Of a stretch of 64,000 nt of DNA, positions 13,001-26,076 are shown piece by piece. Each line of letters starts with the position of its first letter. Within the stretch, counting starts at the first letter, position 1. The stretch comes from Hormiphora californensis. Its lineage: Eukaryota > Animalia > Ctenophora. Made by a program: the position numbers and the translations under genes. The notes below the pieces were generated by a model that did no database searches, was not told the DNA's origin, and was given only the letters and a program-made list of their open reading frames with translations. The stretch covers positions 4,464,001 to 4,528,000 of the forward strand of contig CM035350.1 of NCBI GenBank assembly GCA_020137815.1, read 5' to 3'.

Positions 13001-14924
13001 AGATCACCAATCTCTTACCAAACACACAGTCTCTGTGACCCAAGATGAAGGAGTATCGAGACGACTAAACAAGGTATGTCTACGGGGTATCCAAAACTTC
13101 CTAGGAATACCTGAGGCATCCAGCCACAAGCGGTTATGGGAAGGTTTAGGATATGGGAAGGTTTAGGATGAATATTTGAGGACTTGTTTAGTATCTAAGT
13201 GTGTCTATGGGGTATCTGACACTTCCTGGGAGTACGTTGCGGTGTCTAGGAGGCATCTTAGAGGGGCTGGGTGACTTTTAGGATGCCCTGGACGAGTTAT
13301 AAGGCACCCGGAGTGGTGACTAGGCGGATATGGGAAGGTTTAGAATGAATATTTGGAGGACCTGTTTAGTATCTAAGTGTGTCTATGGGGTATCTGGTAC
13401 TTCCTGGGAGTACGTTGCGGTGTATAGGAGGCATCTGAGAGGGCCGGGTGGATTTTAAGATGTCCTGGACGACTTATAAGGCACCCTGAGTGGTTGCTAG
13501 GCGGGTTGGAGGGTTATATTTCTTCAAAATCCTGAAATATAGTGCGTGTGGGTCTAATTAGCCAATTAGCTCCTTAACTAATGATTATAGGCCCTCGATT
13601 TAGTGCTCTACCCCCACTAACCCACGGTTTCTATTTTAATTTTATTGGCCTCATTTGTGTCTCTAGGCCGTCCATGTCACAATTTACCTAGTAGAACTCA
13701 ACAAATTCTTAATTGGCCAATTACGGGAAATTGGGTAGAGATATATCTCTATAGAGCAAAAATCCCCCCCCCCCCCCCCCGGATGACCCCCCTAAACATG
13801 CTTATTCTGCTTCGAAATAGCTGGTTTGAAATCTCTATGATGTGCCTGGACTGGTTTTAAAGGTAACTCAATTAAGGTAAATTTTGACCCAATTAAGCCA
13901 AAACTATGCATTTTAGAGCTAAGTAAAAAGTTTTCAATAATATATAGAACAGTTTGAGCCTAGTTAGGCCTCTCTACGAAGTTTCTAAACGGAGATATGA
14001 CAGAACCCTATTATACCCAATTAAGCCCAATTATGAAGGTCATCTGGTGGTCGTAGACTTTTAGGATGTGATTTGGGGTAACATTAGGGTCATATTGGAA
14101 CCAGTGGTGAATTGCCCACCGAGATTTCTCACTACAGGGTGATGTGCCCTGAACAAAACGACTTGGTAGATGGTCCCCCCCTCTCGTGTGTGTAACTCCA
14201 CACTCAAGAAGTGAGAATGGGTTCTAGGCGAAGGGGAGGGAGAGAGATACATACGTTTACATGCAAAACTGATTCTGCGGTCTCACTTATTCGCCTAATC
14301 ATGACACGGTGCCAAGCTCTCACTTGCCCTAGATCACGTGACTTCAAGTGAGACCGCAGAATTTTCCGGGGGCAAAAAAACCGGCTTTTTCAAAGTTTTT
14401 GGAGGTTGCACCCTAGACGGTTGTCCTAGGAGTCCCAAACAACCCGGGAATCGATAGAATGGACAATTTTGAGATACACACTTGACGATTTTTTTCGATT
14501 TTTTATCTCAATTTTGAGTAATAGTCTCGTAAAGAGCCCTACCCTCCCAAAACTGGAGAAATCTGAAAAACGAAGTTGTTCACGGTTTTGATCACTGCAA
14601 AGCTTGTAAATAACCGTTTTCCACCGGGTTTTCACTGGGCTGTAGGTGACGGCTTTGTGAATGCCACAGTGAAAAAAAATTGGAAAAATTCCGTTATTTG
14701 CTTTCTCAGCACGCTTTTCCGTACAACTCACTCAAATTTGCTAGTCTTTTGTGCGGAGCACACAGCAGATTCTGCGGTCTCACTACCAGCCCCTGTTATT
14801 ACTCAGTGAAAATAAAATAAGAAAAAAGAATGGTCTCAGATAAAGCATAAACAGCTGCTGGCCAGATGCGTGTATGCATGGACATCATATTGTACGTTCT
14901 CTCTCTCTCTCTTGTAATCGGACA

Positions 14925-14986
<62 letters not shown>

Positions 14987-16109
14987 AGCTCGTAATTACG
15001 AGATCTATCCCTTGGTAGGCTGATTTCTCTCCCTCTCATAAACACATGCACTATCTCTCCCAAGATCGATCTATCTCTCCCAGTTCCCACACCACCGTCT
15101 CTCTTCTCTCTCTCTCCGTCCTTAGAACTCAACGATATCTGTTTCTATCTCTCTCACCCTCCCCAATACTAAACCCACACACTAGAATATGATTGCAAAA
15201 CAGCGTCACAGTCACACGCTGTGATATTGAGAAATGGAAGGGCTGAAAACGGATGAAAGATAGAGAGAAGAAACAAGGAGGTCTAGGAATCTCAACTGAT
15301 CCAGAGTTGCAAAAACTCTTGCTATTAAGTACTGGGATTAGTGCAATGAGCTGTGACCCAAACTAGCGAGAGACTAGATAACACAGCTAGCCCAGATTGC
15401 TTGCACAGGTGCACAAAGAACTGGAAGGTACCCCCCACCCTCGCTACTTCTAGTACTACGCGTTATACCTATAAAAACCAGTAACACTTGACTGACTAGT
15501 ACCCAAAAACTACTGCGTTGTTCCTTCGCTTTCCATCCCTAATATGAATTATGACTAAACCCAGTTAGTACCACTGGTACTACCAGCATGCGCCATGCAG
15601 TGAACCGAAGAAGTTGAAGTACGACTACCATGGTATACCGTATAAGGGAACGGCCCATATCAGAGAAAATGATGTCAATGGTGAACTGATAAACAATATA
15701 TGACGCATCAAAAACACGCACGCTTGTGAACAGAGGGAGAGGAAGAGAGCCTAAAATGAGACAAAAACACACGACAATTACAATAAGATAGTCTATATTG
15801 GGAGGAAAATAGAGAGAGAGATAGAGAGAACACTGCTGGATGCACTGGATCCCAATAATAGGATAGTGGATACAGTTTCCGGTCTCTCACTATCTCTCTT
15901 ACCCTCCCTCACATTGTATCTGCAATGCCACAAATAAAGTCACACAGTAATATTGTACCTGGATTATTGAGCAGTGATCCCCTAGATCGGTGGCTGCTCT
16001 GTTGAGTACTGAGGGGAGCTATAATCTGGAGCTTCAAAACTCGGCTGCTCCTGATCAGGGAGGATAGAGGGCGCCTACCAATACACCTCGAACATAGCAG
16101 CATTGCCAT
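5480..16109 (-). CDS. PISD: Phosphatidylserine decarboxylase proenzyme, mitochondrial type; exons about 16109-15959, 9172-9069, 8810-8727, 8571-8459, 8334-7979, 7812-7652, 7440-7263, 5685-5480
   Basis: Motifs [73 protein letters not shown] and [14 protein letters not shown]. Arg/Ser-rich N-terminal exon resembles a mitochondrial presequence. Exon phases are consistent. Confidence 0.93.
5738..7137. mobile_element. Non-autonomous Tc1/mariner-pogo-type element with TA TSD in the last PISD intron
   Basis: TA|ccgtaatctggggtaacttt ... aaagttaccccaacttacgg|TA; ggggtaactttgga motif repeated internally in both orientations; ~90-bp inverted repeat at 6346-6437 / 6551-6641. Confidence 0.85.
11260..14795. 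mobile_element. 3.5-kb foldback DNA element with ~1.4-kb inverted arms and 4-bp TTAT TSD, in PISD intron 1
   Basis: ttat|CAGGGGCTGGTAGTGAGACCGC ... GCGGTCTCACTACCAGCCCCTG|ttat. Arms ~11260-12645 and ~13335-14795 are near-identical reverse complements; identical mirror ORFs at 11324(+) and 14731(-). No transposase. Confidence 0.92.
12658..12719. mobile_element. 62-bp mini-MITE with TA TSD
   Basis: TA|cagtcgga...tccgactg|TA; related end (taaatcggggtccgaca) also at ~32264-32280. Confidence 0.65.
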
Positions 16110-16572
16110 ACCTCGTAGCTAGAGAGGGAGAAGTTAGGGAGAGGGAGATGTCATCTAGAGAGAGAGAGAAATGATCTGAATCGAAGAATATGTTGCGAGA
16201 GAATTGGATTAGGTCACGTGAGGCGTTGATTACAAAGTGTGATTGAGGCAGGGGAGAGAGATCAGAGATGGAAGATATAAAGAATATTCAGGCATATCGG
16301 TATCTTTTAGTAGGGCGGAGCTGGAGTGGTAGTGCAAAAAACTAATATTTCGAGATATTTAGAAAACAAGAGATACGAGCACAAAACACACAAAAGCATC
16401 TCTCTCTCATGTTACTATGTACAATTTCCTATGTACACAGTGATCTACATCTATACACTCAATACAATGTACATCTATAATACAATGTATTCACATAAGA
16501 TCTGACCGTCACACGCCGCATCAGAGTAGAACCACTAAACTCAGTTTCTCTCTCTCTTTCTCTCTGACTCTC

Positions 16573-16684
<112 letters not shown>

Positions 16685-16757
16685 TCTCTCTCATCATCTC
16701 GGGGCTCGGGCGTCTACACTTCCAATATAAAAACAAATTACAATCTAAAACAAACTA

Positions 16758-19700
16758 CTACGTCGGTGGAACGACAGCATTTTCTGGTGTCTCCAGGAAC
16801 GCATTCTTCACGACCCTCCTGGGTGGACCAAGGAGAGGTCGAGCACCAGTCGCGGCTAGTGTTTGTGTGTGAATCGAATCATTAGAATCGCTCCTTGAGG
16901 ATGAGATAGGTTCCAAGATAGGTTTCTTGGTGTTGTTAGTGTTGGGCAGAACGGGCGAGCTGAAGGAATTACCCATGGCTGTTTTGTTCCTCATGGACGT
17001 TTCTGATCTTGATTTCTTCGACGGCTGGGGGAAGAGAGACTGGTTTGAAACAACCATCAAAACGCCCAGTTTGGAGTTTTTTGTTGAGGGTGGGGGGGGT
17101 ATTTTACCTTTGTTTTAGCGTTCATTGGATTCATGACCCCGATTTTAGGGGCTGATTTGAAGACCCTGTTGTAGTTGGACTCTCTGTTCACCAACTCCAA
17201 CTCGTAATATTTCTTCTCATCCTGCATGAGTGTTGCTTGTTAAACGTATTATATGAGACATTATTCTGTGGTTACACATACTCATTATGTTGTGGTTACA
17301 CACATCAGCATAAGCTAAACAATTCAGGATCACTACAACTTACAATTAGACTCCGTATCCGTTCATCAGCATCTATCAGCAGATTCTCCATTTCTCCAAT
17401 CTTAACCAAATCCTCAGGCCGGGAGGGCCGACTATTAAACCTCTCCTCGGCAGACATCAGCTCTCCCTTCAATTCTCCCATCTCTAAACGCAGCTTCTCA
17501 AGATCGTTTTGGTGCCGGAAATTAGCATCCTCCATGTCTCGTGCAAACTTTCCCTGGACTGTCTTCAGCTCACTTGTATGGAGGTTACTCAACTTCTTCT
17601 CTCGCTTCCTGGAATAGGTACAGTAGTGTCAGAATCATAGTGGGACAGCCGACAGTAAGAACAAGTGGGTTCAGGAATACCTGCTAGCAAAACAGCAATA
17701 ACAACAATTCCCCCTTACTTGATCTGCATGACTGCCTCCTGTTTTATTTGCATCACTTCATTACACTTGTTTTGAAGGGTCTGTTGCAGTTCTGAAAGCT
17801 GCTTTTTCAACGCATCAAACTCATCTCTCGTCTTGCTCAGCTCCAACTGTTTGTCCGTCAAAAGGTTCTCCAAATTCCCCATTTTAGTATGAAATTGCTT
17901 CATCTGGTAGATTGGGAATGTGAAATATGGAATGTGAAAAGAGAGCTTCATCTACCCCCCCCCCCCCATATACCCCTGTTTAGAACTGAAGAATCACAAT
18001 TACAGTACGAGCTATGATGAAGAGTAAAGGGATATAATGAATGATAGGGAAATTATATACTCCTACCTCTCGGTCTCTCATCTCCATTTCTCTCTGCAGT
18101 TCTTCTTTCTGCTCCTCGTATGATAGTGTCACCTCGTGAACCCTCAGCTCTCCCTTATCCATGCATTCCTTCCGACATTTCGCCAGTTGTGTTTCTGAAG
18201 AAATGGGGGAGGGACGATGAGGGTCGAAATGTCGTGAGGGTAAATTATCCATAACTAAACAAGTTCACGTGCAGGGATATATAAATGAGCTTTCTCATTT
18301 ACAAATTTGGTTGACTAGGTGATAATTAGTTACCCATTTCTTTGCGTGCTGCGTGTTTACACGTATTCAGTTCCATGATTCGCTTCTGATCAAACTGATC
18401 TTTGAGCGCATCGACTGACAATTTGTTGGCCTTTGTGATCTCGTGCATGTTCTGTCGGTGCTGGAGAATCAATTTGTCCTCTAAATTCTTGGCATCTCGT
18501 TTTAGTGAGGCAGCTTGTCGATCCAGTGCCTCTTTGTGTTCAACATCCAGCTGTGCCAAATAATCAGCGTGTTCCTGTTTGATTACTATTATCCTAGATT
18601 GCAGTTCTTCGTACTCCGTCTTGCTCTGGGCGTTCATGTTCATCTCCTTCTTCAGAGACTCGATGTTTAGCAAACTCAGCTCTTTTTCCATCTCTTTGAT
18701 CTGAGAAAGGAGAGGGTGTTAAGGCGAAGGAGCAGGGTCAGAGGAAGAGAGGGAAAAGGAGCGGGGATCAGGATTCAAGAAGATCTCCCGAGCCGCCATG
18801 TGCTTTGAGTGCATTCTTCGCGCGCAGTACAGAATGCTTGCTGTGCTTTACTCTCCCGACGCGCGGCGCTGCGGCTGGCACTTGGTGGGTCAGTTGCATG
18901 GCAACATAATCATCTAACTTGCTGTACTGTACAGAAGTAAATGCTAAGTTTAAACTTACTTAAGTCACAACAGAACATAACAGTCGGGAGAATACACACA
19001 AGACTAATGACTAGTAGTCTGCCTCAATCCCGGTACAAATTCATTTAGAAACCAAAGTCCTAAGGAAGAAAGAGCGCCGGGGAATAGATTGCACGCGAAT
19101 GTAAAAACAAGTCTACCTTATTTTGAAGCTGCTCTACTTTATCCCTCCAAGCCTGCTCCTGGCCCACAAACTCCTGCACATGGATATCTTTCATTCGTTT
19201 AATTTCAGAATTCCTGCTTTGTGATTGACGCCTTGTCAATTCCTGCTCCAACTCGTCAAGCTCCTCCCTGGTAAAATAAAGAGAGAGAGAGGTTCAGTAT
19301 CGGATATATGTATATTTCTCGGAGTTTAAATCAGAGGATAGTTAGATAGAAAGTGAAGTCCAATACTAACTACACAATATACCGTAATCTAGTTTCCCAG
19401 TACAAGTTGAGTTCCTTCTCTTTGACCGCCACCTTATCATCTGCATACTGCTCCATCTGGGCCTTGGATATATTGTGGGCTGTCACCTCTTTATCAAACT
19501 CACTCTGGGGAAACAAGATGATTTAGAAACTCTAATACAGATGAAACAAGATGATTTAGAAACTCTAATACATGGAAACATGAAGGGAAATACGAAGGTT
19601 TAGAGATGATTTAGAAACTCTAATATAGGGAAGTACGGAGGTTTAGAGAGATATTGATTGTGATGAACCAATGGAATTCATTTCCCAACTGTTTGGAGGT

Positions 19701-22700
19701 TGTTATAGTTTTTGGGGAAATATCGTGTGATTAATCACTGATTATTCAGGATATAATTATCATCAATACCCCTGTGGTATATCCAAAATGATACTCCCCC
19801 GTGTGATTTATCTAGAGCAGAACGCCACCTGCTAATGCCCCATATTATTATTATTCAGAATGATGATAAGAAAGGACGGTGTTAAAATCAGTCAGATCTT
19901 AGTAATAAAGATGTCTTGCTCATGTGTAGAGTGTGCTGGGAGAGAGATAGAGCTTGTGCTTGCGAATTTTGAATGTACCGTCGTGCTTTACTCCTGTGTA
20001 CGAAAGGAGATAGTCTGTGCGTCACACACTGTCCACACTCGTGTGTGTGTGTGTGGGGGGGGGGGGGGGGAATATGATGATCATTACCATCTACCAGCTT
20101 TCTACAGAGGTCGATGATAACAAAGTAGAGGGGGAATGAGTTGTGTTATAGTAAATGAAATGGTATAATAGAGTTGGGTAACTATAGTAACCATGGTAAC
20201 TAACCCGTAGTGATTTGAGAAGGGAGACCTTGTCTTTCAGCTCACTCTTCAATAGTTCGAGGTTATCCTCCTTCTCCTTCAGGTTGTTCTGAAACACACA
20301 ACCAGCTATGTTACGAGGGATCTGTTACAGCTATGTTACGAGGGATGTCACATAGGGATGGTGGTATAGTGTGACTTTCCAATATGTCATTAAAGAAGTG
20401 TAACACCATCTCACCATCAGCTCGGTCCGTTCCCTCTCTGCATCAACCAGTGATGATTTACTACTATTCATCAGATTCCTCAACCTCTCCAACTCTAACG
20501 TTAGCTCTGTCACACTCGTCTCAGCCTTCTCTTTGGCCTCCCTTAACTCCGCCAATTGGGCCTCGTAATCTGGGGAGATAGAGAGAGGGTGTTAGTCTGG
20601 GAGAGAGAGGGTGTTAGTCTGGGGAGAGAGGGTGTTAGTCTGGGGAGAGAGGGTGTTAGTCTGGGGAGAGAGAGGGTGTTAGTCTGGGGAGATAGAGGGT
20701 GTTAGTTTGGTAAGAGAGTGTGTTAAAAAATATCACCAAATTACAACACCACGGAAATAATTTCACCGCTCAGTGCTCACTATCAGTGACACACAAATAC
20801 GCCACACAGCTACTCACTGGTAGTGAGGGCCTCCCGTTCTGAGTTAGCCTCTGCTTCAAGAGCCTCCCGTATAGCCTGACTGTTGGCCCGGGACATCTCC
20901 AACACTTCCTCCATCTCCCTCTCACAATTCTCCTTTATCTCCCGCATCTCCTCCAGTTTTAAACGCTGTAACTCCTTCTCACGGTCTGATATGGACGTCA
21001 TGTGTTCCTCCAGAGCTAGTTTCTGTTCTGCTTTCAGTCTCACTAGCTCCTCCTCCTTAACCGTTAGATCCTGGAAAGTAAATGTAGAGAGGGAGGGGAC
21101 GAGGGGGAAACAAAGTTAGAGAGGGAGGGGATAAGGGGGAAATAAAGGTAGAGAGGGAGGGGATAAGGGGAAACGAAGGTAGAGAGGGAAGGGACAAGGG
21201 GAAACAAAGGTAGAGAGGGAGGGGACAAGGGGAAACTAAGGTAGAGAGGGAGGGGAAAACAAAGGTAGAGAGGGAGGGGACTAGGGGAAATAAAGGTAGA
21301 GAGGGAGGGGACTAGGGGAAATAAAGGTAGAGAGGGAGGGGACTAGGGGAAAACAAAGTTAGAGAGGGAGGGGATAAGGGGGGAAACAAAGGTAGAGAGG
21401 AAGGGGACAAAGGGAAAACAAAGGTAGAGAGGGAGGGGACAAGGGGAAAACAAAGGTAGAGAGGGAGGGGATAAGGAGGGAAAACAAAGGTAGAGAGGGA
21501 GGGGATAAGGAGGGAAAACAAAGGTAGAGAGGAAGGGGACAAGGGTGAAACAAAGGTAGAGAGGGAGGGGTCAAGGGGGAAACAAAGGTAGAGAGGGAGG
21601 GGACAAGGGGAAACAAAGGTAGAGAGGGAGGGGACAAGGGGAAAACAAAGGTAGAGAGGGAGGGGACAAGGGGAAAACAAAATGATATCCGTACAACCAC
21701 TAACTTTGGAGGTAGAGTTTTCAGTACCTTTTTCAGATGATTAGTTTTGTCCTCCCAAGTATGAATCGCCTTATTATGGCGCTCCTTCAAGTGCCGGATC
21801 TCATCATCTTTTTCCAATATCCTATCCTTTAGCTTCTGCATTTCAAACTGAAGCTTTTCATTCTCGACAGAGTGAAGGTGTGATAGCTCATCCAACTCCC
21901 CAATACGACCTGACAAATGTAACAGTTAACACGGCTGATTTAAAAACAAGGAATAGTACTAAATATCACTGAATATATCACTGAATATAAAACAAGTTAG
22001 GTGCAGTATATACCATCAACTGATGCCGATTCTACAGTAGCAGGGGATGGTAATGAGATACCGGTACTTCCGGATCCATCATAGATACTACTCATAACGA
22101 CTCTTCCGATATACTCCTCACACAATCAAACAAAATACAGCAGCATTATGAATGACACACACACACGCTACACAGCGCCATGCTCGGGGTTTTAAAAGCA
22201 TAAATGGAAAATCACCGGTGGTTTTTCTCTCTATTTTTCAAGTCAATTTTTACATGTCGTGCATGACAATACCAGGTATTCTGAATAAAGTACCGGTATT
22301 CATTGAGTGTTACAATGGAGATCTCAGAAATCGTTATTCGGAATAAACAGAAGAAACTCGAACATTGCAAATGATCTTTATGGCCATCCAAGGGTTTTAG
22401 GACTACAGTGGTAACAAGAACCGGCTTCATTCGGAGAAACTGTTTAACTAGTAATTGATAAGCATGCCAATAATGACAGGCGGTCTCGGGTCTAATCGTA
22501 AAGGATACGTATTTTACAAGATATTTTACATTTTACAGCGTTAAGGACCAAGGCGGTCAAGGGATCTATCCCTATAGGCACGGGAAACTACAAAGGACAA
22601 GAAGAAGGAATGTTCGAGTCAAAACTCAAAAGTGGAATGTTTAAAAACCTCGTGAATGACTTTCTTTCATGTTCTTCATTATCTTTAGACTGCTATCACG

Positions 22701-24569
22701 TCCCTTAATGCTAAATGCGCTCGTATCAAGTACTCCCAAGCTTAGCCACAAAACAAATTTTACAAGCAATGAAATTCCGCAACAGACTTCAACAGTAAAG
22801 CGTCTAAAGGAAAAACAGCTGAGCTATACCTGATTTTTTCATGTTCTCTTCGGCTTGCTGCAAAGCTGCTTTCTTCGTATTATTGAGATCATCCTCTACC
22901 TGTCATAATATTGGTCATGATGAATTATTAATTTCCACTGGTGCAAATCAATAATTATAAATGTCACTATTCTTCTTACCCTGGTAACTTGCTGCAGTGC
23001 AATATCGAGATCTCTCTGAGTTTCCATCAGCCTCTCTTCCAGATCATTCACTTCTCGGCGGAGAGAGTCGTTCTGAAGAAATAGTGTTAAAAACCGATAG
23101 TGCATGTGAGGGGTTCGTTAGTGAAAACTGGCAATCCAATAGAAGGAGACGATCCAATAATTTTGATCCAAACAATTATACACAGGGAAAAGTACCTCGT
23201 CTTCTAATCGTCGCTTTTCCTCGTTAAAAGAAGCAAATCTAGCCTCAGCCTCCTCCAGGTCCTTCTGAAGTCTCTGGACCCGGCCCGAGCTCTGGTACTC
23301 GGACTGCTCTGATACTTGTTTCAGTGTAGACACCTGGGAGGAGGGTTAGAGTTAACAATTCATAAATAGAGATATTGGAATCATGCCAAAAACTAGATAG
23401 CTGTTCTCCTTATTACCTCTTCCTCTAATTGGGCAATCTGGGTTTTATACATGGCAGTGAGGTGGGATTTCTCACTGTTCACCATTGAACCCAGCTCTTC
23501 CCGGTGTTTTGCTGCTATTGATTTCTTTTCTTCCTCGTGGGATTTACGCATGTCAACCAGCTTTTGTTCCAGCTCCTTCCGTTGGCCCTCGAACACCTGC
23601 ACGTGAGGTACGGTGTGTTAAATATTACCCGAGAAATTAAAAGAAAGATAGAGGGAAAGAGGGAGGGATAAAGATAGTGTGCATGCTTGTGTGGCTCAGG
23701 AAAAGAGAAAGAAACATGACTATATGACACCTTATCCTGGACTGTGTTAAAATATGTTACAATCGCACGAACTTATTCAGGCATACAAAACATGAGTAAT
23801 AGGAGCCGCCTGGGACGGATGAAAACAGAGAAAAACGAGAAAATAATTGCAAATATACTTTAGAAAAACCAACCAACAAACCTCTTTCAGTAGCTCTAGT
23901 TCCTTTTCATGTTTGTCTTTTAGAGCCTTGAACATAGAACTGGAGGCATCATTTTGGGTTGTTCGTTCGTTAAACTCGAGGATGATAGCTTGGTAGTTCT
24001 GTTTTAGAATGTCCAGTTCTCCCTTCACCGCCTTCATTTGTTCATCGTACTCTCGTTTTATCATCTCCTCTCGCTCTGGCAGAGAATGTAGTTGCTATAG
24101 AGGACCGATTACACACGAAGAGAGAGAGAGAGGGTAATGAGCTCAAGTTAAATAATTAAAACTAAGACGAAATTCATAAAAAGACAAATCAATACGAACA
24201 TTATTTGAAATATTTACCATTAGTTTTCAACTTGTATGATTTGAAGTTCTTAACAGCATCCTTTGAGTCGCTCTCATACTCGATAATCCTATTCCGCAGT
24301 TCATGAATAGTTTGCTCATCATTCTTCTGAGCTGTAACGAAAGCCTGTAATTTGGAGATGGTGTCCTCGGTTTTCCCGAGAACCTTCTTTAGTTCCATAT
24401 CATGGGCCTCCTGGAGACAGGATATCTGGGCATCGTGCTCGTCGTTCTTGGTGTTCAGAGCGTACACAACTTTAGTAAGCTGAGCAATCTTTTTGCTCAT
24501 TTTGAGGTGAAGTTCGGGGGTCATGGGGCCCTCTAGACCCTGCGTGTTCATGTTGACATCAAACCCCAT
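16758..24569 (-). CDS. FAM184A: FAM184A/B-family long coiled-coil protein, about 18 coding exons
   Basis: N-terminal ELHLKMSKKIAQLTKVVYALNTKNDEH and C-terminal RPSRPEDL...EKKYYELELVNRESNYNRVF are FAM184 signatures; intervening exons are coiled-coil. A versus B orthology cannot be resolved. Confidence 0.9.
20570..20706 (-). repeat. 6 x 21-27-bp tandem repeat, each unit a complete 3' splice site
   Basis: Minus-strand unit ACTAACACCCTCTCT(CT)CCCCAG; the last unit is the acceptor of the FAM184 exon starting at 20569. Confidence 0.95.
21085..21680 (-). repeat. ~30-33-bp polypyrimidine minisatellite (~19 copies) filling a FAM184 intron
   Basis: Plus-strand unit aaacaaaggtagagagggaggggacaagggg; runs up to the acceptor at ~21071. 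Confidence 0.9.
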
Positions 24570-25019
24570 TCTCTGAAAGTGGTGTAAAAAGGTAAGTGTT
24601 TGACTAATCCACTCGGGGATGGAAGAAGGAGAGGGGGAAATGTTATTTACTTACCAAAAATAAAATTTCACGTTTTAATGTTGAGTTTCTGTAGTTGTCA
24701 GGTATGGCCTTACTTCAGTTTCCATCAGAGACCTAAAAGCACTGATAATCAGATACCTAAACAAACATAACTTCAGCAGTTGTGAATTTGGAGCATGGCA
24801 GAATGACAACACCGAATTGAATTTTCCATGATTTGGATACGCCTTAGAAAATTAATCTGGCATCTGGGCCTGCAGCCATGAGCCAATAAATCGAATTTCG
24901 CGGTTTTTGGAAGTTGGAAGTACCCAGAGCTGCAATCGAGTACCCTGTTAACGGAGATTCACTTCAGTCTTCAAAATCTCAAACAACAAACAAAATTTTG
25001 AAATCACACAACTTTTGTG

Positions 25020-25730
25020 GGAAAACGTTAAAATCTGGGTGCCTTTCATTGCTAACAATTCGTAGTTTTAGCGCGCGCGACGGGTTAGGGCTATCCGTTA
25101 GGGTCTGGTTAGGGTTTGGTTTGGGGTTATCGGTTAGGGCTACCGATTCTCTATCAGTTACCGTTTAGTTTACTCAAATTGGCCATGTGGTTGCATGGCT
25201 ATAGCCGTTTGAAAAAAGTCGGTCTAAGTATACTCTTTTGGCAGCGCGCACCTGTAAACACGCTGCAAGGCACCCAGATTATAATCGCGCCCACTTTTGT
25301 GGCCAGCGTTAAAATCTGGGTGTTTCGTGAGTGCTGACAAACGGTTTTTTAGGGTTAGGGCTAAAGTGGGGTTAGGGTTAGGGCTGGGGTTTGGGTTGGG
25401 GTTAGGCCTTGACATTTCCTACCAGATAAACTTTGAATTAGCCAAAACGGTTGAGTGGTTTGGCGGTTAGAGTCATTTTAGTGAATCAACTTTTTTGGCA
25501 GCGCGCACCTGTATACTCCATTTTTTTTCAACTGTTCACCCCCCAAAGTCGTGCGCGGAATTGTTTTGCGCGTTTATCACATGTTAACGTGTAGCGCGCG
25601 CAGCGTAAATTAAAATATCGCACGCGCATGAGTTGAGGGGTGAACAGTTGAATAAAAATGGACTTTAAACAGGCCACCAAACACCCAGATCGTAACGGCG
25701 CCCCACTTTTGTGGGCTGCAGCTGCACTGT
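25020..25730. mobile_element. Further copies of the Helentron/HINE-like repeat, with a small internal palindromic element at ~25525-25657
   Basis: Shared blocks with 1-700, including caggccaccaaacacccagatcgtaacggcgcc; gggtta runs; inverted repeat ttcaactgttcacccc/ggggtgaacagttgaa. Confidence 0.6.
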
Positions 25731-26076
25731 GAGATTGAGTTGCCCTGCGCGCGCGAATTTTATCAATGCAGCGCACTTTCTATTTATCAATCAATTTTAC
25801 TTAAATTAATTAATTAATTAAATTTAAGGGCTCAATTAATTAATTCATAAAAATTAATCATTTAAATACTTTTATTAAGCTTTTTAACATGTTGAAAAGC
25901 AGGTATTTTCAGCATTAAATCAGGGAGATTATTCTTATCCGACGCGCGGCTCTTCTTCAGCTTTTATTTGATTTTGATTTCAAAAATCAAAAGTTTTGAC
26001 AGTTCGTTTTCGGTTTTTAAAATTTCAGATTAATGTAGGACTGATCTGTATCAAGCTCTTTGAAACGTAGTTTCCG

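Noticed and set aside
11144-14809. Identical ORF pairs 11324/14426 and 11708/14061 as duplicated genes
   Set aside because: Mirror images from the foldback arms; non-ATG starts and no recognisable domains.
17026-17118. Frameshift near the FAM184 C-terminus
   Set aside because: Explained by a short GT-AG intron (aag|gtaaaa ... ccccag|ccg).
25340-25410. Interstitial telomere (ttaggg runs; also 110-140)
   Set aside because: Degenerate and embedded in a dispersed repeat family.
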